Positions 1-9,597 are shown, numbered from the stretch's first letter. The stretch is 64,000 bases of DNA from Planctomycetota bacterium (GCA_965223845.1 CBDCXR010000004.1:1-64000), one strand, 5' to 3'. Notes: generated by a model from the sequence alone, not told the origin. Numbers and translations: made by a program.

Positions 1-988
1 CCTGTCGCGTGTAGTTCCCGAGCACGACCACGCCGACATTGCCGCGATTCGCGCTACCGCCGGCGTGGGCGCCCTGGTAGCGGAGACTCCGTCCTTCCCA
101 AATCTTGCCGGTTCGGTCGACAACGAAGTGGTAGCCGATGTCCGCCCAGCCGTTCTTCTGCTGGTGAACCTTCTGAATGTTGCGAATGTGCTGCGCGGTT
201 CCCTGAACCGATTGATCCCAGAACGACGGCCCGGCGCTGTGGTGGACCGTGATCCGGGAGATCGGTCCCATGCGGTTCAGCCGTCGAGGCACGGCTCGGC
301 GTGCGTTCCAGCGCGCCCGTCCATGAACGCGAATCGGCCGCGCGCTCGGTCTTCGCGTCGAAGCCGCACCCGACGACGCGACGCGAGGCGCCGCCGCCTT
401 GGCGTTCGCCGGTGCTGCGATGCGTGCGAGACGCGTCGTCTTTCCGCTTGCGATCGCTTCGAGCCCGGGCGGAGTCGGTCGTCCGATCTTGCCCCGGAAC
501 CGTGCCGCAGCGACGCGATCGCCTTCGCGAGTCGCGCAAAACGTGAGATACGCGAAGATCTCGCTCCGTCGACCCAGCCGCGCGTCGGCGAGCGCCTTCT
601 CGAAGTACCGGCGTGCGAGACGAAACTGCTTTGCCTCGAGGTAGCACTGGGCAATCCAGTAGCGAATCTCGCTGCCGACCTCACCCGGCGGGTTCGATTG
701 CTGCGCACGGTAGAGCTCGGTCCGTGCCCCGCGGTGATCGCCGGCGCGGAACTTGAGCTGCGCCGCCTGAAGAAGCGCGCGTGCACCCGAGTGGTGATCG
801 GAGCGAAACGAAGCCCTCGCTCCGGGGACCGCGATCTCGGACGTGGATAGGTTCTCGGGGGAGGCGAGCGGCGAATCGTCCGAGCCGCCGCGACGAGTCG
901 TCCCCTGGCATGCGAAAAGAGCGAGCGAAACGAGCGACGCGAGAGTCACCGATGAGAGCCGAGGAGAGCGCAGAAGACCCGAGAGCAT
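1..988 (-). CDS. Lipoprotein with TPR region and C-terminal N-acetylmuramoyl-L-alanine amidase (Amidase_2/PGRP-like); 3' end runs off the window
   Basis: Translated by hand (antisense to ORF 65..850). ATG at 988 after GGAAGG; lipobox LALFA-C; TPR-like EIRYWIAQCYLEAKQFRLARRYFEKAL; PGRP motifs GRARWNA, ITVHHS, GWADIGYHFVVDRTGKIWEGR, GAHAG, GVVVLGNY. Confidence 0.85.
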   Translation of the reverse strand, partial: MLSGLLRSPRLSSVTLASLVSLALFACQGTTRRGGSDDSPLASPENLSTSEIAVPGARASFRSDHHSGARALLQAAQLKFRAGDHRGARTELYRAQQSNPPGEVGSEIRYWIAQCYLEAKQFRLARRYFEKALADARLGRRSEIFAYLTFCATREGDRVAAARFRGKIGRPTPPGLEAIASGKTTRLARIAAPANAKAAAPRVASSGAASTRRPSARPIRVHGRARWNARRAVPRRLNRMGPISRITVHHSAGPSFWDQSVQGTAQHIRNIQKVHQQKNGWADIGYHFVVDRTGKIWEGRSLRYQGAHAGGSANRGNVGVVVLGNYTRQ

Positions 989-1493
989 GGACGATTCCCT
1001 TCCGATCCGGTGAGACGTACGAAGGGAATCCGGGTCCCCCTCTCTTCTCAGGCGGCGCGTCCGCGACTCGACACCGCGCGGGTAGGTCCCGCGATCGGGC
1101 CCCGAGGCGGTCGAGTCGGCGACGGCATCTTCCACCGAGCCTGCGCCCGGGGGGTGATCTCCTCGACCCCGAGGCGCGCGCCGTTCCTAACTTCTCGGAC
1201 TCAGCCGGTAAGATCTTTTGGTCTTTTTCCGGCCGCTCAAAGCCTACCGGACCGGCGTGAGTTTCCCACCAGATTCTACTACGCCGAGATAAATCGCGGG
1301 CTTGAGCGTTCGATGAATCGCCGCCCCGATACTTGCAGCGGGATTCGCTCTCCACCCGTCGGCGTGCGGGGTCTCCGTGTACCGTCACGACTTGCGGCGG
1401 ACCGTCGCGCCTCGTAACAAAACTTCGGAGGCTAGCGAAAGCAACGCGGTCCGCTCTGAGCTGGGGCCGGTAACGGTCGTGGGCGGGGCCGGA

Positions 1494-3791
1494 TCAGAAG
1501 CAGATCGAGTTGTTGCACGAGAGCGTCGTGCCGCCGTCGACGCCGCAGCCCGGGAAGGGCGACGCCGGAGCGCTTCCGCCTCCGAAGAGGTAGTTGAACA
1601 GGTAGATCGCGTCGGCGATCTCGATCCCGTCGCTCGAGTTGGCGTCGGCCGCGGCCTCGCACGCGGGGTCGGCTCCGCCGCCGAAGAGATTTCCGATAAT
1701 CGCACTCGGGTCGGAGATGTTGATTCGGCCGTCGTCGTTGACGTCGCCGCGCCGGAAGAAGGGCAGGTCCGTGCCGGCAGTCTGCAGCTTGTAGACGAGA
1801 CCCGAATCGATTCCCGCGAGGAACCCGAACTGCGCGGTGGAGGCGACTCCCCCGACGGACGACGTCCCCAGGGTCTCGCGGAGGTCGAACCGAAACTCCT
1901 CGGCGCTCTGCGCGAGGGTGCTCGTGTCGAAGACGACGCGCGCGTAAACGTCGAGGACGCCGGTCCGCGCGTCGGAGATCGGGAGATCGACGGTGAGGGA
2001 GCCCTCGCTCGCGGAGACGACCGAGATGCCGCCGGTGAGCGTCGCCTGGAGGTCGTCGAGGGCGAGCTGAGCGTCGCGAAACGCTTCGGGGATGGATCCG
2101 GTCCGATCGAACGGGTAGATCACGCCGTTCAGGAGATCCACCGTCCAGAACCAGCCGTTCACCTCGTCGTAGCTCAAATCGCCGAGCTGGCTGCGGAAGT
2201 GATTGAGGGGGATGTCGATGACGACGGGATCGCCCTGGATGGCGCCGTCGAAGGTCGTCGCGAGAAGCGAGTGGAGTCCGCCGTTTTGATTCAGCCAGTA
2301 GAGGCGCTCGTTTTGCGTCTCGTCCGGCGCGATCGAGACGCCCGTGATCGTGCCGCTCGGAAACGGGCTCGGCAGCGTCGCGCCCGGCTCGAGGTTGAGG
2401 TCGTAGAACTGCACGCCGCCCGAGTCGAGATCCGCGACGACGAGGTTCGCGCCGGAGATCGCCGCGGCGTACGGCCGCCCGGTCGCGCCGCTCGGGGCGA
2501 ATGGAGCGGTCGCGAGGATGCTTCCGGTCCCGAGATTGATGCGACAGGTGAGCGGGGACGTCGCGCCGCCGTTCGTGACGGTGAGCGTGTACTCGTACGA
2601 CCCCGCGGCGAGACCGGTATCGATCACCTCGCCCGTATCGTCGGCGAAGGTCGTCGTCAGCACGGTTTCGGCGGCGTCGCTTCCGAGCGCCGTCCGCTCG
2701 ACCGTGAGGGTCCCGTAGTCGAGGTTCTTCGTCCAGGCGAGCTTCACCGAGGTCGCGTCGTTCGCGGTGCAGGCGAGACTCGCCACCGTGCCGGCCTTCG
2801 CGCTGTCTGCGCTCACCTCGAGGATGCGCGGTTGTCCGCCATCGAGATCGATGTCGAGGAGGATTTCGCTTCCGTTCCCGGCGGAACAGGAGTCGGGCCA
2901 GTAGACGATGCCGGTGACGAATTGCGGTGATTCGCGATCGTCGTCGAGCGCGTAGAAGATGCCCGTCTCGTCTCCGACGCCGAAGTCTCCGTTCGCCGTA
3001 GCGAAGACGCGCACGACGCGCGTCGGTCGCCCGTCGGCAAGCGAGCCGGCTGTGATGTCGAAGTACTCGCCGGATTCGTCGGCGACGTAAGCGAGATCGT
3101 TTCCGTACGCACCGCCGCTGGCACCGCGCATCGGATTGAAAAAGTAGTTCGGGCGGTCGCCGTCGAGGACGAGCGCGCCGTCCGTCCCGATCTCGAAGTA
3201 GAGGTCGTTGACGATGTCGACGGCCCAGAGATTCCCCGTGCCCTCGTGGACGGTGATTCCGCCGAGCGTTCCCGTCACGATCGAGTCGTCACCCGAGTCG
3301 GTGCGCACGAGCTCGGCGAGCTGCGCCAAGTCGACCGTCCCGAGACGCACGGGCGCTTCGCCGAGCGTTCCGGTCTGCCAGATCTCGCCGTCGACGGCCC
3401 AGAGGAGAAGATCATTCAGGAAGACGAGCCCCGTGGTCGTGCGCGAGCCGCCCGGCGACGGAATCACGATGTCGCGACGAGCGATGGTTTCGATGACGGA
3501 CGTGTCGTACTCCCACACGTACGTGTTGCCGCTGAAGAAGTCCGCGACGTAGAGCTGATCCGGTGCGCCCTCGCGCCGCACGATGGTCCCCGCCGCCGGG
3601 AACGCGTCCGGGTAGGACGGATCGCCGAGCGGATTCGGGCCGGTGGAGTCGAGCACGCGGATGACGCACTGACCGAGGTCGAGATCCGACGCGCACGAGC
3701 ACTGCGCTCGGACGAGATCGGCGGTCGACGCCGTCAACAATGCGGCCAAGAGTCCGAAGCGAAAGCGCATCCACTGGCTGGGGGTCAACAT
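1494..3791 (-). CDS. Large secreted protein with beta-propeller-like repeats, an Fn3-like module and a C-terminal dockerin-like domain
   Basis: ORF 1494..3866; start placed at ATG 3791 after GGAG; signal peptide ending VRA-Q; tail FRRGDVNDDG...ADANSSDG...PFPGCG. Confidence 0.8.
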   Translation of the reverse strand: MLTPSQWMRFRFGLLAALLTASTADLVRAQCSCASDLDLGQCVIRVLDSTGPNPLGDPSYPDAFPAAGTIVRREGAPDQLYVADFFSGNTYVWEYDTSVIETIARRDIVIPSPGGSRTTTGLVFLNDLLLWAVDGEIWQTGTLGEAPVRLGTVDLAQLAELVRTDSGDDSIVTGTLGGITVHEGTGNLWAVDIVNDLYFEIGTDGALVLDGDRPNYFFNPMRGASGGAYGNDLAYVADESGEYFDITAGSLADGRPTRVVRVFATANGDFGVGDETGIFYALDDDRESPQFVTGIVYWPDSCSAGNGSEILLDIDLDGGQPRILEVSADSAKAGTVASLACTANDATSVKLAWTKNLDYGTLTVERTALGSDAAETVLTTTFADDTGEVIDTGLAAGSYEYTLTVTNGGATSPLTCRINLGTGSILATAPFAPSGATGRPYAAAISGANLVVADLDSGGVQFYDLNLEPGATLPSPFPSGTITGVSIAPDETQNERLYWLNQNGGLHSLLATTFDGAIQGDPVVIDIPLNHFRSQLGDLSYDEVNGWFWTVDLLNGVIYPFDRTGSIPEAFRDAQLALDDLQATLTGGISVVSASEGSLTVDLPISDARTGVLDVYARVVFDTSTLAQSAEEFRFDLRETLGTSSVGGVASTAQFGFLAGIDSGLVYKLQTAGTDLPFFRRGDVNDDGRINISDPSAIIGNLFGGGADPACEAAADANSSDGIEIADAIYLFNYLFGGGSAPASPFPGCGVDGGTTLSCNNSICF

Positions 3792-4412
3792 GAGACTCTC
3801 CACACGGAAGTCACGTGGGTTTGTTTGTTGGACAAAGGAGGATGCGATCGGCTGCGCTGGGAGCAACCGGTCGGTGACGGACCGTCCGGAAACGAGTGCT
3901 CTTTCCCATCGCAGCGCCGCGCGCTGCGGGGTATCGATTCACTCGGGACGGAGTCAGGCTGGGAAGATTTCGGAAGTCGGAGAAGGAGGCCGCGCGGATG
4001 GAGCAGTGCTCCCTCCGTACACGCGAGGAGGCGTCGAGGTCGAGGCTGCTGCCGAGCGGTCGGCGAGACTTCGAATCGGCGCGTATCGCTCACGATGACG
4101 GGGGGAGAGAATCCCCGAGGCCGATGGGCCGAGTATATCGGTGCACGGCTAGGAGGTCAATCGACCGCGGCTGTCGCAACTCGACTGGCGGAGCTGGTTT
4201 TCGGCGACGGTAGACGTTCGGCCGGCGACGTCGGCTCGGCGCGGTAGAACGCGGCGAGGAAGCGACGTAGGGACGGGCCGAACCCGACGCGCCCGCGCGT
4301 GAGTTCGGCGATTCTTCGCGTCGATCCTACGCGCCGGAAGACGGATCGAGCGGGACCGATGGTCGCCGGTCGTTCGGGGTCGCGCAGCGAAGAAGCGAGC
4401 GGCCGACGTCGG

Positions 4413-4742
4413 TCAGGCCGGGAGCGAGCGCATGGTTCGCGCGGCGACGGCGATGCGTGCGCGCGAGAGGGAGTCACCGACCGCCTGCTGCGTGATTCCC
4501 AGCTGGTCGGCGATCTGCTGCTGTTGCAGGTTCTCGCGGAAGTAGAGGTGAACGACCTGCTGCTGGCGTTCGGTGAGATCGTGGAAGTGGTCGAGCAGCG
4601 CGCGCGTCATGATCATTCCCTGATAGAGGCGCGGCAGATCCTCGTGGTCGACGCGCCCCGCTTCCATGCTCGGAAGCTTCCCTTCCACGTACGCGCAGAT
4701 CCTCGCGCAGGTACGCCGGAGTGGGCAGTTGTGGCAGGTCAT
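4413..4742 (-). CDS. Small regulator: N-terminal Cys4 motif plus sigma-70 region-4 HTH
   Basis: MTCHNCPLRRTCARIC then LTERQQQVVHLYFRENLQQQQIADQLGITQQAVGDSLSRA; GAGG upstream. Confidence 0.8.
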   Translation of the reverse strand: MTCHNCPLRRTCARICAYVEGKLPSMEAGRVDHEDLPRLYQGMIMTRALLDHFHDLTERQQQVVHLYFRENLQQQQIADQLGITQQAVGDSLSRARIAVAARTMRSLPA

Positions 4743-5040
4743 CGACCGAATCCTCTGGTGGTTGAGTTTGAGCCACAGGCGACGAACTCGACGCGGCGTG
4801 GAGCCGCCGTCTCCATCATTTTAGCGGCAAGCCCGCACGTCGAACTTTAGCGCCGTCTGGCGCTTGTTCTGGAAACGTATCATAGCGTGTTTGAGAGTGT
4901 CAAACCGCGTGGAAATGCCGTGCCAGACTTCGTCCGAGGCGGACCATTTGCGAAATCCGAAACTCCTCGACGCCTTGGCTCGGGAGGTCGATCTTGCGTC
5001 GCGCTCGTGGAGGAACGAAACTGGTTGGATTGAGGAGGGA

Positions 5041-5997
5041 ATGAGTGTGATTCAGATAGCTCCGAGGCTCGCCGCCGGCGCTCCAGACCGATTCCGGGGG
5101 GCGTACATGCTCGTTCTCGCCCTCGGGGCCGGAGCGTTCCTCGGGCCGGTCCCGCGCTTGAGCGCGGGTGAGATCGAGTTTTTTCCCGCCGCATTCCTCC
5201 CGCAGCAGATCACCGCCGAGCGCGGCGACACGGTGAAATTCATCTGGCGAGGCGGTGCACACACGGTGACGAGCGGGCTTCCCGACGGCGCGCCGGGATC
5301 CCCGCTGGAGCCGGGCGCGCTCTTCGACGTCGTTCTCGACGAAGCGAATCCGGAGTTCGAGCTCGTGATCCCACTCGAGCAGATCGGCGGGATCGCGTTC
5401 TTCGATCGAAACAACCCCGCGCAGATCGGTTTCATTTCGATCGATACCGGCGAGCGCACGCTCGTCGTTCAAGTCGTCGACAACGTGTTCATTCCGGAAG
5501 TGCTCCATGTTTTCGCCGGCGATACCGTTCTTTGGCGACACGATCCGAACGAAGGCTTCCACACCGTGACGAGCGGGAAGTCGTCGGACCCGGCCGACAA
5601 TCCGGGGGCGCTTTTCGACGAGGAGTCATCGGACGCGAAGCCCGAATTCGCATATCTCTTCGACGCTCCCGGTGACTACCCGTATTTCTGTCGGCCCCAC
5701 GAGCATCTCGACATGATCGGAGTGATCGTCGTTCAGCCGCGATTCATCCGAGGCGATGTGAACGGAGATGGCGCGGTCGACATCGCGGACCCGATTCGCA
5801 CGCTGAACCACCTCTTCGGCACTGCCGAAGGAGTGCCGTGCGACGACGCGTCGGATGCGAACGACGATGGCGCGGTCGACATCGGCGATCCGATCTACGC
5901 ACTCAATTTTTTGTTCGGGACCGGCGCCGAGTTTCCGCGCCCGTATCCGCTAGCGGGCGCGGACCGCACCGAAGATGAGCTTGTCTGCCGAGAGTAA
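5041..5997 (+). CDS. Secreted tandem cupredoxin (plastocyanin-like) protein with C-terminal dockerin
   Basis: GAGGAGG RBS; two GDTVxF/W...HTVTSG repeats; the second has type-1 Cu ligands H...YFCRPHEHLDM; FIRGDVNGDG tail. Confidence 0.88.
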   Translation: MSVIQIAPRLAAGAPDRFRGAYMLVLALGAGAFLGPVPRLSAGEIEFFPAAFLPQQITAERGDTVKFIWRGGAHTVTSGLPDGAPGSPLEPGALFDVVLDEANPEFELVIPLEQIGGIAFFDRNNPAQIGFISIDTGERTLVVQVVDNVFIPEVLHVFAGDTVLWRHDPNEGFHTVTSGKSSDPADNPGALFDEESSDAKPEFAYLFDAPGDYPYFCRPHEHLDMIGVIVVQPRFIRGDVNGDGAVDIADPIRTLNHLFGTAEGVPCDDASDANDDGAVDIGDPIYALNFLFGTGAEFPRPYPLAGADRTEDELVCRE

Positions 5998-6016
5998 GGA
6001 ACCGGTCGGAGGGGGA

Positions 6017-6856
6017 ATGATGGACGGAAGAATCGATTCAGTGTTCGAGCGCGTATTCGGCGCGCTTCCCGCGGTCGTGCTCGCATTCATCCCCTTCGCG
6101 CTCGACGCGAGTGAATCGTTTCGCTTCGAGATCCCAGAGGTCTCAGCGCAGCCCGGTGACGATGTCGAGCTCACCATCCGCGGCGATTACACGCGCTCGG
6201 CGCAAGGGTTTACGGTAGCCCTCACGTTCCCGCGTTCCGACCTCGAGATCCGATCGGTTTCGTTCGAAGACACGATCCTCGAAGCGATCGAGGCCGATTT
6301 CCTCGAATCGCGCGTCGAGTTCGACGGCGAGCGTGGAATTCTCGTGATCGCCGTTCTCGTCGATGCCGGCCCTCCGTTCGACGGTCAGTTGATCCCGAGC
6401 ATCGGGCAACCGCTCGACTTCGCGTACATCCGCGCACGTGTGTCTGAGGAAGCCGAGGAGGACATCGAGATCCGCCTCGAGGATGGGCTCCTCGCGCCGC
6501 CGATTTCGAACGTGTACGTCGTCGATCACGAGGCGATCCCCGTCGACGAGCTCGGCAGCACGCGAGTGCGACTCGCGGGTGTGGAGCGATTCCTGCGTGG
6601 GGACGCGAATGTCGACGGCATCCACGACATCTCGGATCCCCTTACACTCCTCAATTCGCTGTTTGGACACCGTCGACCGCTTCCCTGCGCGACCGCAGCC
6701 GACGCGAACGACGACGAGCAGATCAACATCGCGGATCCGATTTACCTGCTCGTTTTTTTGTTCGCCGACGGATCGCCGCCGCCCCCGCCGCAGACGACAC
6801 CGGGTCGCGATCCGACGCCGGGCTCACTCGTCTGTGCGCGAGCACTCTCCCAGTAG
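6017..6856 (+). CDS. Secreted cohesin-like + dockerin protein
   Basis: Signal peptide; IPEVSAQPGDDVELTI..AQGFTVALTF cohesin-like beta-sandwich; FLRGDANVDG tail. Confidence 0.75.
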   Translation: MMDGRIDSVFERVFGALPAVVLAFIPFALDASESFRFEIPEVSAQPGDDVELTIRGDYTRSAQGFTVALTFPRSDLEIRSVSFEDTILEAIEADFLESRVEFDGERGILVIAVLVDAGPPFDGQLIPSIGQPLDFAYIRARVSEEAEEDIEIRLEDGLLAPPISNVYVVDHEAIPVDELGSTRVRLAGVERFLRGDANVDGIHDISDPLTLLNSLFGHRRPLPCATAADANDDEQINIADPIYLLVFLFADGSPPPPPQTTPGRDPTPGSLVCARALSQ

Positions 6857-7190
6857 TCCAGCGCTTCGGCGGAGGCGAGGACCGTTCGCGTCGTGTTTGG
6901 CCATCGCGCGCCGGCGTTCCCTGGGCGCGACGACTCGCGTGGTATTGTAGAGCGAGTGGGGGTGTCCGCGCGCGTCGTGCGGTCGTGCCCCCGATGATCA
7001 CGAGGAGCCCGCGCGAGAAACGGAACCGGAAGGAAACCATCGTCGACGACTGCGTCATCCGCGATGGCTCCATCTCGGTCGCGAATCCTCGACGATTCGA
7101 CTCGCGTCTCCCGCGGCTCGTTTCGCAATGCCGTCCGAGCTGCCTTCAAATCGATCCCTTGCGCCGGGCCCAGGCCCGAGCGGTGCCGTC

Positions 7191-8336
7191 ATGCCAAGTT
7201 TTCGTTTTCGATCGTTCTCACTGTTTCTCGCCGTTCTCGCCGGGTTGGCGGTAGGTCTGCACGAGCCCGTCGCCGCCCAGGAATTCGCGATCGAGCTCGT
7301 GCCCGAGGCCGCGACGGTGAGTTCGTGCAGTGAGTCAACGTCGAGAATCGCCGCCCGCTTCGAGAATCCGGGTGGAGTGAGCATCGGCGGGTACCAGATC
7401 TTTCTCCGCTTCTCTGCCGAGCATTTTTCCGCGGTGGATTTCGAACCGGCGGACGTCGATGGCTTCGTTCGCTTCGCTAGTCCCGACGAGCTCGCGGATT
7501 GTGAGGTCGCCACCGCGGATCCGTGGAACGACGGCGCCGGTGAGGATGTGACCTCGGTCGTCGCGACGGTGATCGGCGAGGGAGTGTCGTCGCCGCTCGC
7601 GGCCGCGAGCGGCGAGCTCGGGAGCTTCGTATTCCGATCGCGCGGTCTCGCATCGGGCGCAGAAGGCGTCACGTTCCTGGGGAACGAAGACCCCTGCGCG
7701 TCGCACGTAACCCAGACGACGCGCGTGTTCGACGCGGCGGGGGACCTCGTCCCGTCGACGCTGACGCCGAGTGTCGCGGTTGTCGTCGAGAACGGCGGAC
7801 CGATGCTCGAGGGGCTCAGTTGTCGCGATCTCGGCGAGTCGATCGAGCTTCGCTGGATCCCGCCGGATGGCGTCCCGATTACCGGGTATCGCGTCTACCG
7901 AGACGGCGAACGGATCCGCGAGATTCCGATCGCGGGTCTGACATCGATCGAGGACGACGCGCCGCCACCGGGACGCGTGGAGTACTCGGTCGCACTTCTC
8001 CTCGCCGGCGGCGTCGAGGGCTGTCGGCGATCCTGTGTGCTCGAACGTTCGCGCGAGCGGTTTCGCCGCGGCGACGCCAACTCGGATGGCGCCGTGAACG
8101 TCGCCGACGCGATCGCGACGCTCGAGCATCTCTTCGGCAGCACGCCGATTCGGTGTCTCGATGCGGCCGACACCAACGACGACGGTCGGCTCAACGTGAC
8201 GGACCCCATCGCGCTTCTCGCGTTTCTCTTCGAGGAGGAGGCGACACCGCCCGCCTTTCCCTACCCGGACGAAGGTGTCGACCCAACCGAGGACAACCTC
8301 GGCTGTCCGCCCGAAGACGCCGCTCCTGCGGCCTGA
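7191..8336 (+). CDS. Secreted cohesin-like + Fn3-like + dockerin protein
   Basis: Signal peptide ending VAA-Q; IGGYQIFLRF; IELRWIPP..ITGYRVYRDG..YSVA (Fn3); FRRGDANSDG tail. Confidence 0.75.
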   Translation: MPSFRFRSFSLFLAVLAGLAVGLHEPVAAQEFAIELVPEAATVSSCSESTSRIAARFENPGGVSIGGYQIFLRFSAEHFSAVDFEPADVDGFVRFASPDELADCEVATADPWNDGAGEDVTSVVATVIGEGVSSPLAAASGELGSFVFRSRGLASGAEGVTFLGNEDPCASHVTQTTRVFDAAGDLVPSTLTPSVAVVVENGGPMLEGLSCRDLGESIELRWIPPDGVPITGYRVYRDGERIREIPIAGLTSIEDDAPPPGRVEYSVALLLAGGVEGCRRSCVLERSRERFRRGDANSDGAVNVADAIATLEHLFGSTPIRCLDAADTNDDGRLNVTDPIALLAFLFEEEATPPAFPYPDEGVDPTEDNLGCPPEDAAPAA

Positions 8337-8555
8337 CGGCGACGCGGCCCTCCCTCGCTTCGTGCGTCGCGGTGGGTCGCTCTCCCAACTCTCGAAGAAC
8401 GATCGCAGGCAGCTGATCCGTCCGAATCAGCGTGATTCCTGCGTCAAAGTGTCGCGACGTTCGTCCGATAACCGTCGCGCGCAGTCGTAGATCCGCGCTC
8501 TGTTGGGGGTGTGGGAGCGCCGGGCTACTACCTGTAGTGGTGTGGGGTCTTCGCG

Positions 8556-8583
8556 TTGACAGTGCGCACGAAGTGGGTAGACT
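8556..8583 (+). promoter_or_regulatory. Sigma-70 promoter of the dcw operon
   Basis: TTGACA (8556-8561), 16 nt spacer, TAGACT (8578-8583), upstream of mraZ. Confidence 0.7.
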
Positions 8584-8592
8584 GACGCCCCA

Positions 8593-8617
8593 AGTGGAGG
8601 GGAGTGGGGAGAAGTGG
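8593..8617 (+). promoter_or_regulatory. MraZ-binding direct repeats
   Basis: AGTGG at 8593, 8603 and 8613 (exact 10-bp period), matching the GTGG-N6-GTGG MraZ box; further AGTGG at 8536 and 8572. Confidence 0.8.
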
Positions 8618-8723
8618 TTTGATCGTCATCGTCGGTGGCGAGACCGCCTCGTTCTCCCCCGCTCGTATTTCGGCGATTCGTCTCGCCGGACTTCAGAGAG
8701 TTTTCGGAAGCCCCCTCCGCGAC

Positions 8724-9146
8724 ATGTTCCTTGGCGAGTTCGAGCACACGACCGACCCGAAGCACCGGGTCGTCTTACCTTCGCCGCTGCGCCGCGAGGT
8801 GGAGCTCCAGCGGGGCTTCGTCCTGGTGCCGGAGGAGAAGAACGAGTGCCTCGAGTTGCATCCGTTCGAGGCGTGGGAGAGGCGAGTTGCCGACCTCGAG
8901 AAGGACCACGACGTCCACCGGGACCGGACGGCGAGGGCGTACTTCCGTCGCTACATCGGACGCGCACAGCGCGGCCAGTGCGACAACCAAGGTCGCTTCC
9001 TTCTACCGGAGGTGCTGCGCCGGGCCGTCGGCATCGATCGCGATGTTCGCTTCATCGGCATGGTGCACTTCATCGAGATCTGGTCCGCGGAACGGTGGCG
9101 CGACGGGGAGTCGGTTCGCGACGCCGAGGGGGCGGAGGGTGATTGA
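8724..9146 (+). CDS. mraZ: Transcriptional regulator MraZ
   Basis: MFLGEFEHTTDPKHRVVLPS; CDNQGRFLLPEVLR; IEIWS; first gene of the dcw cluster. Confidence 0.93.
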   Translation: MFLGEFEHTTDPKHRVVLPSPLRREVELQRGFVLVPEEKNECLELHPFEAWERRVADLEKDHDVHRDRTARAYFRRYIGRAQRGQCDNQGRFLLPEVLRRAVGIDRDVRFIGMVHFIEIWSAERWRDGESVRDAEGAEGD

Positions 9147-9230
9147 GTGGGTGTGGATGGAATTCCCTGGGCGGAGCGCGTGACGGTGTTCGGTTGTCCG
9201 CTGTCGAGAGACGCTGGAAGGAGAGAAAGA

Positions 9231-9485
9231 ATGGATCAGAGAACGGATTCCCCCGTGGCGGCCGCGCTTTCGAGTCTGGAAGCAGAGGCTGCGTCATCCC
9301 GTTCGTCGCGACTCGAGCTCACCGGCGTCAACGTCGACGAAGCCCACCGCGCGCTGTTCGCTACACGGCTCGAGACGCTCCGCGAGCTCCATCCCGAACT
9401 GGCGGCGCGGGTCGAGTTGCACCCCGCGCTCCGGCGCAAGGTCCCGGCGGCGACCGGCGCCGCGGGCTGGATCTTCGGTGATTGA
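9231..9485 (+). CDS. Small hypothetical protein between mraZ and rsmH
   Basis: 84 aa; GGAAGGAG RBS; genome-like codon usage; no motif recognised. Confidence 0.55.
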   Translation: MDQRTDSPVAAALSSLEAEAASSRSSRLELTGVNVDEAHRALFATRLETLRELHPELAARVELHPALRRKVPAATGAAGWIFGD

Positions 9486-9597
9486 ATGCGCGCGGCGAAC
9501 GCGGACGAATCGTTTCGCGGACCGCCGCTAAAGGGAAGGAAGCGAAGAGTGAATCTCCGGGACGCCCGTCGCGCTGAGACCCAGGAAGAGAATCGTC

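Noticed and set aside
65-2930. Long plus-strand ORFs 65..850 and 1377..2930
   Set aside because: Antisense shadows of real minus-strand genes, common in high-GC DNA; the same applies to many long Arg-rich ORFs in the track
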